From the NCBI GenBank assembly GCA_013265495.1, contig MU058337.1:6554716-6618715 (forward strand): 64,000 bases of DNA, in the 5' to 3' direction. Both the position numbers and the translations under genes were made by a program. The DNA is from Vicugna vicugna (lineage: Eukaryota). Each line of letters opens with the position of its first letter. The first letter of the stretch is position 1. The notes below the pieces were generated by a model. That model was not told the DNA's origin, made no database searches, and worked only from the letters and a program-made list of their open reading frames with translations. Below, piece by piece: positions 40,087 to 52,397 of this stretch.

Positions 40087-41022
40087 TCTGTGTCACGTTG
40101 CAGGAAGGAGAACTGTATTCTGCTAGTTTTATGCCTGTAAATGAATGGGCTTTCAAGATTTTCTAGAAGATAAAAATCACCTCATTGCCATTTTATTTCT
40201 GATATAAAATTGTGACCCTCTAAGGGACAAAAGCCGCCCATAGCCCTCTTCCCTCCCAGTGTAACAATTGCAGCTTGGAAATAAAATTGGCCCTGAGGCT
40301 CTAAATACAATTCATGGTAATTCAGAGCCAAGGCATCTTAAGTTTTAAGGTGAAAAATGGTTCCCAGGACAACATTACTTGATTTATAGGCTAAAAGTAG
40401 GAATTGTAACCAGAGAGACTATTTGGCCAGCAGAACCTGGAAAAATGAAAGCCACAGAGGCAAACACTAAAGTATAAAGACTCCACATTTGCAGTGGTTT
40501 TATTTCTGTGAGGTAAATGGAGCTCTTCTGGTCATAAAGCCAATTCTTGCTCTGAATTTATGCAACGTTCTGCTTACAATGTAGCTGGTCATGAAGTTTG
40601 CTTATAGAGAGAGGAAGTTTGCTGGATTCACGTAGCTGGTCTCTGGAATTGTTTCATCAACTTCATTGAGGTATAATTCACATAACATGCGATTCACTCA
40701 CATTAATCATACAATTCATTGGGCTTTAGCAAATTTACTGAGTTATTTGCAGGTTTAGAACATCACCCCCAATAAGAGGACCTTTAACATTTAATCCGCC
40801 TCTCCACAAACAGCCCCTGGCAACCACTTTTCTTCTTTCAGTCTCTATAGATTTGCCTTTTCTGACTCCTCTGGGTTTTTAAAAAATTATTAATTAACAA
40901 TTTTAGTTATCCATCAGTTTCAGTGTCTGTGGCTAATGTAAATTTACCCTAGAGATGGGTCTATTTTCAGTGTCTTGACAAGTAAATAGTTTCAGGCTGT
41001 TGGATTATCCTGGATTCCTTAA

Positions 41023-41584
41023 TGTCAGTGCCCTCCAACCAAAGACCAGGAAAAGACCAGTGGTTAAGTCTATTACTCATCAAGTTTATTGCTCGATACG
41101 GTGAGGGAGGATGCACACTATGGGGAACCACAGATTGAGTGTCTCACAAGCGGGTGTTAGAAAGGGACTCATGGGATTCAGGGCTTGTGTTGGATGATTT
41201 GGGGGAGAGTTAAAGAAGTGGAGCTTTGCTCTGGGTTGGATGGTGCCAGGAAGCAGGGATAATTCTTAAAACTGGATATTTTAGTAAGTCTTATCTAGAA
41301 AGAGGGCAGACTAGACTGAGGTTAAAGCTATATAATTGGTAAAGAAACAGCAGGCACTATTCTTATCCAGAGTAGAGGGGTGTTTGGTCATTTTATGGTT
41401 TGGACAACGTTCAGCGTTTGCCAGTTATTTAAACATAATTACTCAAGGGTCCTGTTTTGTCTCGATCATGGTCAGAGTGGCCCTGCTGGTGTTCATGTTG
41501 TGTGAAATTGTTTATACTTAACAAGGCCTAGCTGTGAGTACCAGGTCCTCCTCATGTCAGGGGCTGCTTTTTGCTTTTTCACCA
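41023..41584. mobile_element. Solo ERV LTR (family uncertain)
   Basis: TG...CA-bounded ~560 bp with reverse polyA signal (AAGTTTATTG) near one end; LTR-like composition. Confidence 0.5.
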
Positions 41585-41879
41585 AGATGATGCCATCTGG
41601 TAGGCACTTCAGATAACTAGCTAGCCATTCATTCCTCTGAATCGCTAGATATGTTTGCCCTTTTCCTGAAACTTCTGCAAAAAATATTAGGCCACTGGGT
41701 AAACCCCAACCCTCAAACTCAGATTGTGATAATTTTTACAGATTTTTTAATGATTCACCTTCATCTCACAAGTGAGTCAGTGAATAATATTAATACTCCA
41801 TTTATTTGCTTTCTTTCATGGCCCTGCATCTTTTAAATGCAGTTTAGCAATATTTGGTGTATATAACCAATCAAAGGTT

Positions 41880-42700
41880 CCTATTCCAGGATACAAGAAC
41901 TCTTATAAACTCTTATAAAAGGCAAGTAGAAAAATGGGCAAGAGATAGAACAGATACCTCAGAAGAGTAGATGGCCAAAGGTCAACAAAAATGAAAACGT
42001 GTTCAACCTCATTAATCATGAGGAAATTACAAAATAAAACTTCCATGAGATACAGCTACACACACACCAGAAGAGCTAAAATTTAAAAATGGACAATACC
42101 AAGTGTTGACAGGGATGTGGAACAATTGTAATAGTCATACACTGCCAGTGGGCATGTAAATAGGTGGAAAATTGTTTTGCACACATACTCTATAGCTCAG
42201 AAATTTCACTCCTGGATCTAAATGCCTACTTACATTCACCAAAAAGATGTGTTTACCAAGATAGAACTCTATTACCTGTCTGCAGTAGAATGGATAAATT
42301 ATAGTGAAATTCTACTATGGAATACTGCATAGCAGTGAAAACAAGTTACTGTTAAACACAACAATGTGTATTAACCCTCACAAACTTGATATTAAGTAAA
42401 AGAAAGACAATGAGTACACTTGTATGATTCCATTTATATAGAGTTCAAAAACAGGTAAAACGAATCTATGTTGTTTAAAGTCAGAGTACTGGTTAGCTTT
42501 TGGGAGCTAGAAAGAGGTAATGATTAGGCGGGCACGTGGTGGGAGCTGCTGAAGTGCTGGTAATGTTCTATAGCTTGATCTGGGTGCTGGTTACCTGGGC
42601 GCAGTCACTTTGCAATAGTTCACAGGACTGTATATTTAGCATCTGTGCACTTCTCTGTATGAATGCTATGCCTCAGAAAAAGCTTATTAAAATAATTATT
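41880..42700 (+). mobile_element. Old L1M 3' fragment
   Basis: Degenerate ORF2 end / 3' UTR motifs (ACAATACCAAGTGTTGAC, TGTATGATTCCATTTATATA). Confidence 0.75.
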
Positions 42701-44191
42701 GTGAATAATATCATTATTGTGAATATTATTATTGTGAAAAAGTTGGTAATCATTGAAGTTAGGTGTTGGGTACAGGAGGGTACCCTTCTCTCTACTTTTG
42801 AGCATTTGAAGTTTTCCATGATAAAAAGTGACCTAGGTGTATATACAAACATACATTTGTGTGTATGTATATATGTGTACATATATATTTATGTGTGTAT
42901 GTGTATTTATTTGTAAATATTTGAATTCCATCTTGACTTGCCAGTATCTTTAAAAGTGAACAAGCTTTCCAGAAACCATAGCAATATGACTAGAATCATG
43001 TAATTCTTTTATACCATGTTGGATCTGGAAATTAGCATATAAGAAGGTCAGCATATTTTGACAATATTAACCAACAAAAGCAATATATCTCATATGTGAA
43101 ATAGTAACCTGAGTGAACATATTTATACATGTACTAATGTAAATATGTTGAACATGTATTATATGTATATTATAAATATACATATATAGATATTGAAAAG
43201 AATACAGTGCCACAGTGTCTTTTCCTATAGGCTGGATCCTATTAAAATGAACTTTGGCAAGGATTATACATTTTTTACTTCATTGGAATGTTTTAAATAT
43301 GCTAGAAATAAGTGATATTTGAATGTTATTCATGAAGTGTGTTTGAGAGAAATGCATACATCATTCTGTACATTTTGCTCTGGACTCCTGATTAATGACT
43401 GATTTGAAACTTCTAAGTATCACTAGGTATATTTCACTGAAATAAAATTTGGGGCAAAGTTTTTAGAAGAATGTCAAGAAGGAGAAAGAGAAAATGTGCA
43501 TGAAACAGGACATGATTGCCCAACAAGCCACATGAGGCCTGTCACCATGATTACTCTTAAGTAGCTGCTGAATGCTCCAAAATATACAAGTTCCCCCAGA
43601 AGGAAAATATTTGAGTAATTTGGGGTTAGAATGTTTATTGAAAATAAAATGTGGACTGAGGGAGTTGGGGAGCTTGGATTGAAGGGTAACGGTATAAAAA
43701 CAATTCGGTGGAGTCACAGTGTGGTCATGTTTTTCTTGAGCACTAACTTTAGAACATAATACCCATGTCAGCTGAACTTCACTGTTGTAGCTTGTTGAAC
43801 CACCACAGATCCCCCCAATAAACATTTTAGAAGCTTAATATAAAACAGAAAAAGCTGGTAGGCAAACAGGAACACTTTGACGTCCTCCCCCTTTTCCTCC
43901 CCATACCTACTGACACAAGAGAGAAGTGGTTTGAATGACCAGGGACTTTTCTGCTACTCCTGAGAGGTTTTTAATTCAAGGAGTGTACGAATTACCATGT
44001 AAGGTAGAAGGCAGTATTCCATGCATATTGAACTTTGAAAGCTACTTAAAGCTTTTAGCTTAAAGTTTTAAAAAAGCTTAAAGGACTTTTAAAGGCACTT
44101 CCAGTTTTATGCAGTTTTTGCTAAACGTGCTGACTTTAGAACCCAACGCCCATTTCAGCCGTGTTCCACTGCGGTTTTGACTCCTAACTCC

Positions 44192-44334
44192 TGTTGCAGA
44201 TAAGATACAGGGTGCTCAGTTACCTTTACATTTCAGATAATTTTTTTAGTATCAGTATCTATGTCTTATGTCTTACTGGAGCATGATTATTTAAAAATTG
44301 TTGTTTTTTTTTATCTGCTAAATCCAGCAACCCT
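44192..44334. mobile_element. MER53-like MITE
   Basis: ATACAGGGTGCTCAGTTA..TTTCAGATAATTTTTTTAGTAT..GCTAAATCCAGCAACCCT. Confidence 0.65.
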
Positions 44335-44409
44335 GACACTGATGGAGCCTTGGTTTACAAGGATTCAAATAAGGACTCAGAAGGGGCCTGCACTATTAAC
44401 ACACATTGA

Positions 44410-46020
44410 AATGAAACTGGGGGGAAAACACTTGCAGTAAAATAGAATTCTTACAGAATAATAAGGAAAAGATGAACTACCCCTATATAAAAATGTACAG
44501 AGGACAGGAAGAGACACTTCACACACACACAAAGATATACAAATGGCAAAAAGCATTTAAATAAATATTCAGCCTTACTGGTCATGAAAGAAGAGCATAT
44601 TAGGAAAAAAAAGACTTTGTTTTTAAGTTACCAAGGAAGCAAAGTTAGAAAGCAATGTTAGGGCCCAATGTGACTTCATATCTCATCATGAGATTTAAAT
44701 ATCCTTTCTGGAGGACAGTTTAGCAAATTTTTCTATTTTTTTAACCCTTAAAAATGCACATAACCTGAAAGAACAATTCCGCTTCTCAAGATCTGTCCTA
44801 GAGAAATATTTGAATGTGAAAATATTTAGCTCTAAGTATGTTCACCAGTATAAATATTTTTAACAGTAAAAAATTTTTAAAATAACTTAAATGTTCAACA
44901 GAAGAGTTTGTTAAATAAATTATAGTACTACATCCATGCAAGGGAATACTCTGCAGCCATTAAAATTATGTTGAAAGGAAGTAATAACATGGAAAGATGT
45001 TTAAGATACGTTGCTAAATGAAAAAAGTATATTATAAAACAGCACGCACATTCTGATTTCAGTTTTTTTTTTAAATGTATACACACTGTTAAGAGAATGA
45101 AAAGACAAACTACAGACTGGGAGAAAATATTTGTAAATCACCTAGCCAATAAAGGATTTGATTTTAGTATATAAGGAATGTCCAAAACTCTACAGGAAGA
45201 AAACAAACAACCCAATTAAAAAATGGTGAAAGACTTGAACAGACACTTTATCATAGAGGATGTATGGCTTTCAAATAAACACATGTGTTCAACATCATTA
45301 GCCAATAGGAAAATGCAAATTAAAACCATGATGTGAGACCACTATGTACCTATAAGAATGGCTTAAATTAAATACACTAACAATACCAACTGCTGGCAAG
45401 GATGTAGAACATCTGGAACTCTTACAAATTGCTACTGAATGTAAAATTGAATGCAAAATGGTACAACCACTCTGGAAAACAATTTGGCAGTTTCTTACAA
45501 AGTAAATACACACTTACTGTATGACCCAGTAATCCCACTGCTAGGTATTTAAAGCCTAGAGAAATGAGAACTTATGTTCTCATAAAAATTTGTACATAAA
45601 CATCTCTAACAACTCTACTCACAATCATCAGAATTAGAAACAACCCAAATGCCTTTCAATCTGTAAATGCATAGACAAATCATGGTACTTTTACACAATG
45701 GAATACTACTCAGCAATAAAAAATATCAAGCTACTGAATACACACAACATCTTGGATGAATCTCACACACACTGAGTGAAAGAAGCCAACCTCAAAAGGT
45801 TACAGGCCCTATGATTCCATTTATATGACATTTCCAAAAATGCAAAGCTATGACAAAGAAGTGTTCGCCTGTGCCAGGCATTAGGGAAGAGGGAAGGTAT
45901 GACTACAAAGGAACAAGGGAATTTGGGAAGCGATGGAACTGTTGTGTATGCTGATTTTGGTGGGGGTAATATGAGTCTATGCATGTGTTAAAACTCACAG
46001 AAACAGATGCTAAAAAAAGG
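44410..46020 (+). mobile_element. Old L1M fragments (best preserved 45085-46020)
   Basis: ACAGACTGGGAGAAAATATTTG, ATGACCCAGTAATCCCACTGCTAGGTAT, ATGGAATACTACTCAGCAATAAAAAA. Confidence 0.8.
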
Positions 46021-46378
46021 AAAAATATATATACAAAAGGAAAAAAGAATGGAAGGACACATGAAAATTCTTACAGTGGGTTATTTCTACGCAAATGCAG
46101 ATGATTTCCGCCCTCTTGATTCTGTAATATGTCCATTTTTTAAAATAATGAACATAAGTTTCATTTGTAAAGAGATTTTATATTGATAGGTTATATATGA
46201 GTATTTAAATATATAAAGATATATATTTACATATCTATGTAGATGGATTTTGCTATAGGAAAACTTGAGTGACGGCTGCCATTATTGCATATTAGTTCAG
46301 CCTTTGGGAGGGCAGGGAAGCTTCACCACGTTATTGGAAGAATGAATATCTCTTAGTTGAGATGTTTCTTGTACTTAC

Positions 46379-46533
46379 GAAAGCACTTGGCAGCGCTATC
46401 ATCTTCCCATAAATCTTGTGCTTTGTCATGGAACACAGCACAAAGTATCTTGGCCTCTGCTGCACCATTAGGGTTGCCATTAGCATCCATTAACCGACAA
46501 CTTCCACCTTGTGGCATGCAGTCAGAATTCCTT
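46379..46533 (-). other. Candidate unannotated exon (155 nt)
   Basis: Acceptor tttttccatttcag|A and donor TTC|GTAAGT. One open frame: RNSDCMPQGGSCRLMDANGNPNGAAEAKILCAVFHDKAQDLWEDDSAAKCF. Not recognisably repeat-derived. Confidence 0.45.
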
Positions 46534-47360
46534 CTGAAATGGAAAAATGTAGACGTGATGATGCGGTCATGGACAGAGTATTTGTTTCCCTTTCTCATCA
46601 ATTCTAGTGTGGCTTACACAACGCAGCTAGATTGTCATCAAGCATTAAGCCTTAGGAAGCTGCCAGGAGTTCCAATAGCACTTGGCTTATTTGATTTTGC
46701 TTTACATAAAGTAACCAATGTTATGCTAGGTGAGACTTTTTTTAATGGTTTTATTCAAAAATCTAGTGCATGAGGCCTTCTTAGTCGTTGTTTGCTGCGT
46801 CCAGGACAGAAGCCTGACATTCTGACCACAGAATTGGCGCTGAGAAGCAGACCCCTGCTGGGTTGTGGCAATCAACAATTCTAACCACTCTGTGAGGGAT
46901 CCAAGCTCCCCTGATCTATCCTGCCGTGGCCACCAGCAGGAAGTGAAGCCACAGGCATCCCGCAGGCCGAGTTATTTCTCAAAAATCCACAGCTATTATC
47001 AGCCATTATGCCTCCCTTTGGCAATCTGACAGTGAGCAACTGACCGTCTTGAGAGCATCACCATGCAGGGCAAGGTTGCTACAGAAGCCTGGGACAGGCA
47101 GGTTATAATTTCTTAGTGGTCTTGACTTCCACTAATAGTTCTAGAACTCAAAACAAAACCAGAAATTCTATACATTTCCACAGCTAAGCAAACATATAAA
47201 TACATGCATAGAAAATGATCTGGAAGTGTACACACCAGCCAGTGATAATACTAAAGACTGGATGGAGGGGAGGCCTTTAAATTTGTCTATAACTATCAAA
47301 GTTTTTACAGCTTATATTATCTGTGTAATTTAAAGTAATTTACAAACAAGTTTTTTTCTG

Positions 47361-47516
47361 CAGAGCACAGGGAACTATATTCAATATCTTGTAGTAACCT
47401 ATAATGAAAAAGAATATGAAAAGGAATATGTGTATGTATATGTATGACTGAAACGTTATGCTGTACACCAGAAATTGACACAATGTTGTAAACTGACTAT
47501 ACTTCAATTTAAAAAA
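47361..47516 (+). mobile_element. Short L1 3'-terminal fragment (cetartiodactyl type)
   Basis: AGCACAGGGAACTATATTCAATATCTTGTA...GACTATACTTCAATTTAAAAAA, similar to the end of 28470-29376. Confidence 0.85.
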
Positions 47517-48689
47517 GTAATATAAGTCCTAGAATCCTTTTGGGGGCCTGGGGTGGAGAAAGATGGATACCTTTACCATTTTGTCATTCTGTAAGAGCGA
47601 TTGCTCTGAAGGAGTTAAGGACAGGTGAATTTGAGAGAAGTGATGGTCTTCCAGTCTCTCCTTAACTGGAAGTCTGGAAGAGTACACAGCATCAAAAGAA
47701 GGAATTAGGATTTGAACTACCTTCTGAATAGGGAAAGTGGTTTCATAGTTGGGGAAAGAATCTTGCAGAAATGATACAATAGGATTTGATGGTCTAGTGA
47801 TCAAACAGTTCTCAGACTGGATTATTTCTGTTCTAGCTGCTGAGTGGATGTGGAATGGCAGAAGACCCAGAGCAGAGAGTGACCAGTGACAGAAGGAAGG
47901 AGATGAGATCTGGAGGGTGGACACGTGCTGGACAGTCCATGGAGACAGGAAGGCAAGCTGGGGATGAGGGATAGGGGATGGGTTCAGAACCAGGCACAAC
48001 CACGAGTGTCTAGATTTCATGCAAAGACCATGAGAGCCAGGTGAGGCCTTTGAGAACTTCACGACATCTGTGCGTCAGCCTGAGAGAAAGGTGGCAGAAA
48101 GTGAAAGTGGTAGAAAGTGAAAAGTGGTGGAAAGAAAAGAAAAGCCCAAGTAAAACCATCGGGCTTTCAATAACTCTCTGCAGAGGGGAGACTTCAAAGG
48201 TCCCTGTCCTTGAGGAGCTCACTGTTTAGGAAGGAAGCCAGACAGTGACGGTAACTCAGTGTGACAAATTCCAAAAAAAAAGAAGTGCAAAGTGAGGAGG
48301 CAACAGAGGGGAGGTTGTGACAAAATTGTCTGGACAAGTTTTTTAGAGGACTTGATCACTGGGCTGGTGCATGGAGGGTAAGCGGGACTGTGGGGCACAG
48401 GGGATTCAGCCCGAGGAGGAGAACCAGGACCACCAGGACCAGGAGTTCAGACCTGGTAGCAGAGAAGGTTTTAGAGGTTCCGAGTAATAAAAAAAATAGC
48501 CGAGGTCTGCTTAGAGGAACATCGTAAGAGGTATTGTATAAAATGTCAATAACTCCCACAGAAAAGAAGAGACTGAATTAAAGAATCAAGCTTACAAAAA
48601 AGCTGAAGGGTTGAGTCACTTTAGCTTTTTGAAAAGCTCACTTCTGAGCTGGTTCACTGATGCTAACAGCAGAAAGGCAGCAGGAATCT

Positions 48690-48785
48690 TCTTTCTTTCC
48701 TCCCTCCTTCCCTCCTTCCTTCCCACACTTCCTTCATCCTTCTCTTCTTTCCTTCCTTCTTCCTTCCCTCCTTCCTTCCTTCCAT
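48690..48785 (+). repeat. (CCTT)n-like polypyrimidine repeat
   Basis: Degenerate CTTC/CCTT units over about 95 bp. Confidence 0.9.
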
Positions 48786-49439
48786 CATTAAGGAATTTTT
48801 TTTCAGGAGAATCAAGAATGAGAATATTTCAAAGGGACTATGACAGATAATACAAAAGAAATTACAGTCAGTGATTCAGTGCTGGAGGATGAGGTGCCAT
48901 GTTAAGCTAAAAGCAATAGAAGTGCATGGAAGTACCAGGGGTGGCTGTTCCACCAGGGAGGGAACAAGTCACTAAAATAAAATACCATGGCTATTAAACT
49001 CATCCCACTTTTCAGTATTCAGAATTTCTAAGTAAGAAAATTAGACTCCTTGATGATACCCATAAGTTCTATTATTATTCTTATTCTGGGTACAAGCTGA
49101 CATGTTTAATAAGAAAAAAAAGCAATGGAATAATTAATATGATCCTATTTTTATACACATAATTGTATTTTTCCCTTTATTAAATTTTAAGATATTATCA
49201 TTAAAGACATTCTAAAATCATATATATATATGATTTTATATATGTATACATACTCAGTCTCTCAGAAAATAGAGTTCCAAGAAGGGTCATGAGTCATTCT
49301 ATATTTGAAAAAAAATCTGTTTTTAGAGAAAATTTTCTTCTCTAATGCATTTATTCATTCAGTTCACTTGTTCTTTCAGGTTCTTTGCATGGTTCTCTTT
49401 AGTAATAAAATGAAGGATATTTACTCAAAGATTGAGATT

Positions 49440-50990
49440 TTCTTGGTAGTTGCATTGGCATAATAATGCTAAATAGGGACCCAGAACTTTCAGTGGAGCT
49501 GTGGGCACAGAGCTTAAGAGAGAGCCTTACATGGTGGGCAACTAAGAGGAGAAGGCCAGCTCAGGAACATTACTTTCCTAGGATTCCCAAAATTTTCTCT
49601 CTCCAGCTCCTTGAACTGCTTTCTGTCAATTTTAAGGGTTTCCATTCTGTTGAATGGCAAACAGGAACTGAGTGAGGTGTGCTGCTGGGAAGCTTTGGAG
49701 GTCACCAAGTAACAGTACAGTCATTGTCCTCTGGGGGCCCACGATAAAATGGAGGAGAGACTTTTGATTAAGACCATCATTAGAGAGTCCGTTGTTCCCT
49801 GGGTTAGGGCCTTGTTCCCGTGGATACTCAACCATCAGCGTCTCCTCATCCTGTGCTCCTGCCACTCTTGATCAACCAACTCATTGAGCCTGTCATTCAA
49901 CTCCGAGAGAGAAGCCTGAATTGGTTTAGCCATCACTGTCCACTAGAGGGCGTGTGTCATAGTCAAGAGTTCTTGATTGCATGTAATAAACTTTTCTAGA
50001 GCAGCTGTGCAAAGTACTACAAACTGGGTGGCTTAAATAACAGAAATTTATCATCTTAAAGTTCTAGAGACCAAAAGTGTGACATCAAGGTGTTATCAGG
50101 GTTGGCTCCTTCTGAGGGCTGCCAGGGAAGGATCTGTTACGGGTCTCCTGGTCTTGTAGATGGCCGTCTTCATGTTCACGTGGCATTCTCCCTGTGTGTG
50201 TCTCTGTCTGAATTTTCCCCTAAGGACACCAGTCATACTGGATTAGGGCCCACCCTAATGCTCTCATCTTAGCTAATTATATGTGCAGTAATAAATTCTG
50301 AGGTACAGGAGCCTAAGGCTTCAAAACATGAATTTTAGGTGGACACAATTCAACTGAAAAACACAAACCCAGATCAAAATAGTTAAAGTTAAAAGGAGAT
50401 ATTACTGCACATCTGCAAGAAGGATGGGGTGCTTAGGAACAGTGGGAACCAGAGCCTGGAAGACCACTTTGACTCTTGGGTTTACTTCTATGTAACAGCT
50501 TCATTTACTTCTCTTTCATACAGTTTACACCCACAGGGCAGGGAACATGGTGACTGACAGCTCCAGAGATCCACCTTTCCATGATCAGAGAAGAGCTGAA
50601 GCAGAGATTCTTCGGCCCCAAATTAAAACATTTCAGGAAAAGGGCTGTGATTGGTCCAATGTGGTTTCAGACCCACCTTTAGACTAACTGCTGTGGTCAC
50701 TGTTCTTTCCAAATAAATGCCACATGGTCAGATGGAATGTGTCTCAAAAGAAGGAGGGTATTCCTCTTGGTACAGTAAACAAAAGATACCTATGTCTTGT
50801 CCCTGGTGGGTAGAGCTCTCACGAAAGTTCACCTCCAAAGCTGCTTCCTGCCATTGGACCAGGACCCTAATAATCAGCTAATCAATGTGGCCATGGCATG
50901 GTGTGCTGTGAAATCACATGGTACCAAGCATGGCTCCTATATATAGGGAGCTCTTTAGTAGGGACATATGGACAAGGCAAGCATTCTAAG
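49440..50990. mobile_element. ERVL (LTR33/LTR41-type) LTR with nested MaLR MLT1 elements (younger MLT1 at about 49990-50355)
   Basis: MLT1 hallmarks ACAAACTGGGTGGCTTAAATAACAGAAATTTAT and GGACACCAGTCATACTGGATTAGGGCCCACCCTAATG. The outer LTR assignment is tentative. Confidence 0.6.
49937..49955 (+). promoter_or_regulatory. CTCF-motif match
   Basis: TGTCCACTAGAGGGCGTGT closely matches the CCASYAGRKGGCR core. Confidence 0.55.
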
Positions 50991-51258
50991 AGATCTTAAA
51001 ATTGGACAACATAGCCAAAAACCCATCATATAGACAGATTTTATAAAGTCAGTTTATAGTAGCTGGTTTTCTTATACATTTGCTCTCTTTACTTAAAGTC
51101 AAATGCAGAGGAGAATATCCTAATTAACTGAGCATTGCACAGGTAAAATTCTTTGGCTCATTCAGTTTTCACCATGTTTCATCTTGCTTTATTCTGAAGT
51201 GTTCAAGTGACTTAAGATCGTATCAGGTGGAAAAACAAACTGAACACAACATTTCCGG

Positions 51259-52397
51259 AAAACTTCTGTCCACACAAACACCTGCACACCAATGTTTATA
51301 GCAGTTTTAGTCATAGTTGCCAGAACTTGGAAGCAGCCAAAATATCCTACAATAGGTGATGGATAAACAAACTGTCGTCCATCCAGACACTGGACTATCA
51401 TTTAGTTATAAAACGAGATGAGCTGTCAGGCCATGAAAGGACATGGATTTACCTCAAACATGTATTGCTAAGTGAAAGGAACCAATCTGAAAAGGCTACG
51501 TACCATACATTCCAACTACATGACATTCTGGAAAAGGCAAAACTATGGCAATGGTAAAAAGATCAGGAATGTGTAAGATACACAAAGCCTGATGCTCGTT
51601 AAAGTGGTAAGGACAGATTTTAGTCAGTTGCAATAGGGAAAAGAATCCGATTTGAACTGAACTCAACCTTGAACTGTGCAGAGGAGACTGGGCGTTTAAA
51701 GGGAGAAGTGAGGCAGCAGGGAGAGGGGAAAGGTAGAGGTTTGAGAAGTCAGGAAAGAGAAAAATTACAAAAAGTGGGAAGGAGGTTGGTCCACATGAAA
51801 TCACCTGGGTTTACTAACAGGCACTTGTCAAAGTTAGGCTCCTCCCCTCCCACAGAAGCTGGGAGAAGGCTCCCTCCCTCCATCTTCAGGCATTGGCTGG
51901 AACAGCCAATTTTTGGACAACCTTGAATTTTCTTAGACAGGCACTTTAAGAGGGGCTAAGGTTATCCTAGGGATACGGACAGACTTGAGATGTCAGAAAT
52001 AATGGTAGTGTTTTTTCAAGTCTTAATGAGCCCAGGTTGAGGCTTAGAGGAACCTGGCTAGAATTTGGAGAGAATTGTCAGTGGTTACCAGGGATTTGGT
52101 GGGGCACAGGGGACTTTTCGGGCAGTGAAATTATTCTGTATGATACTGTCATGGTGGATACACGTTATTATACATTTGTCAAAACCCACAGAATGTACAA
52201 CACCAAGAGTGAACCCTAGTGTAAACTGTAGGCTTTAATTAATAATGATGTTTCTCATCCATTGTAACAAATGTACCACATTAATGCAGGATGTTAACAG
52301 GGGAAAGATGTATGGTGAGGGGGGTATATGTGGACTCTATATTTTCTGCTAATTTTTCCTGTAAATCTAAAACTGCTCTAAAAATAGTCTATTTAAA
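51259..52397 (+). mobile_element. L1MC-like 3' fragment interrupted by an LTR (about 51570-52077)
   Basis: The L1 motif AAAAGATCAG|TGGTTGCCAGGG is split: left half near 51567, right half at 52078. The intervening ~500 bp resembles an ERV LTR. Confidence 0.7.

Noticed and set aside
46357..46773. 138-aa plus-strand ORF
   Set aside because: No recognisable homology. The splice signals favour the opposite strand.
47529..48062. 177-aa minus-strand ORF
   Set aside because: Overlaps L2-like degenerate sequence; no convincing splice signals or protein similarity.
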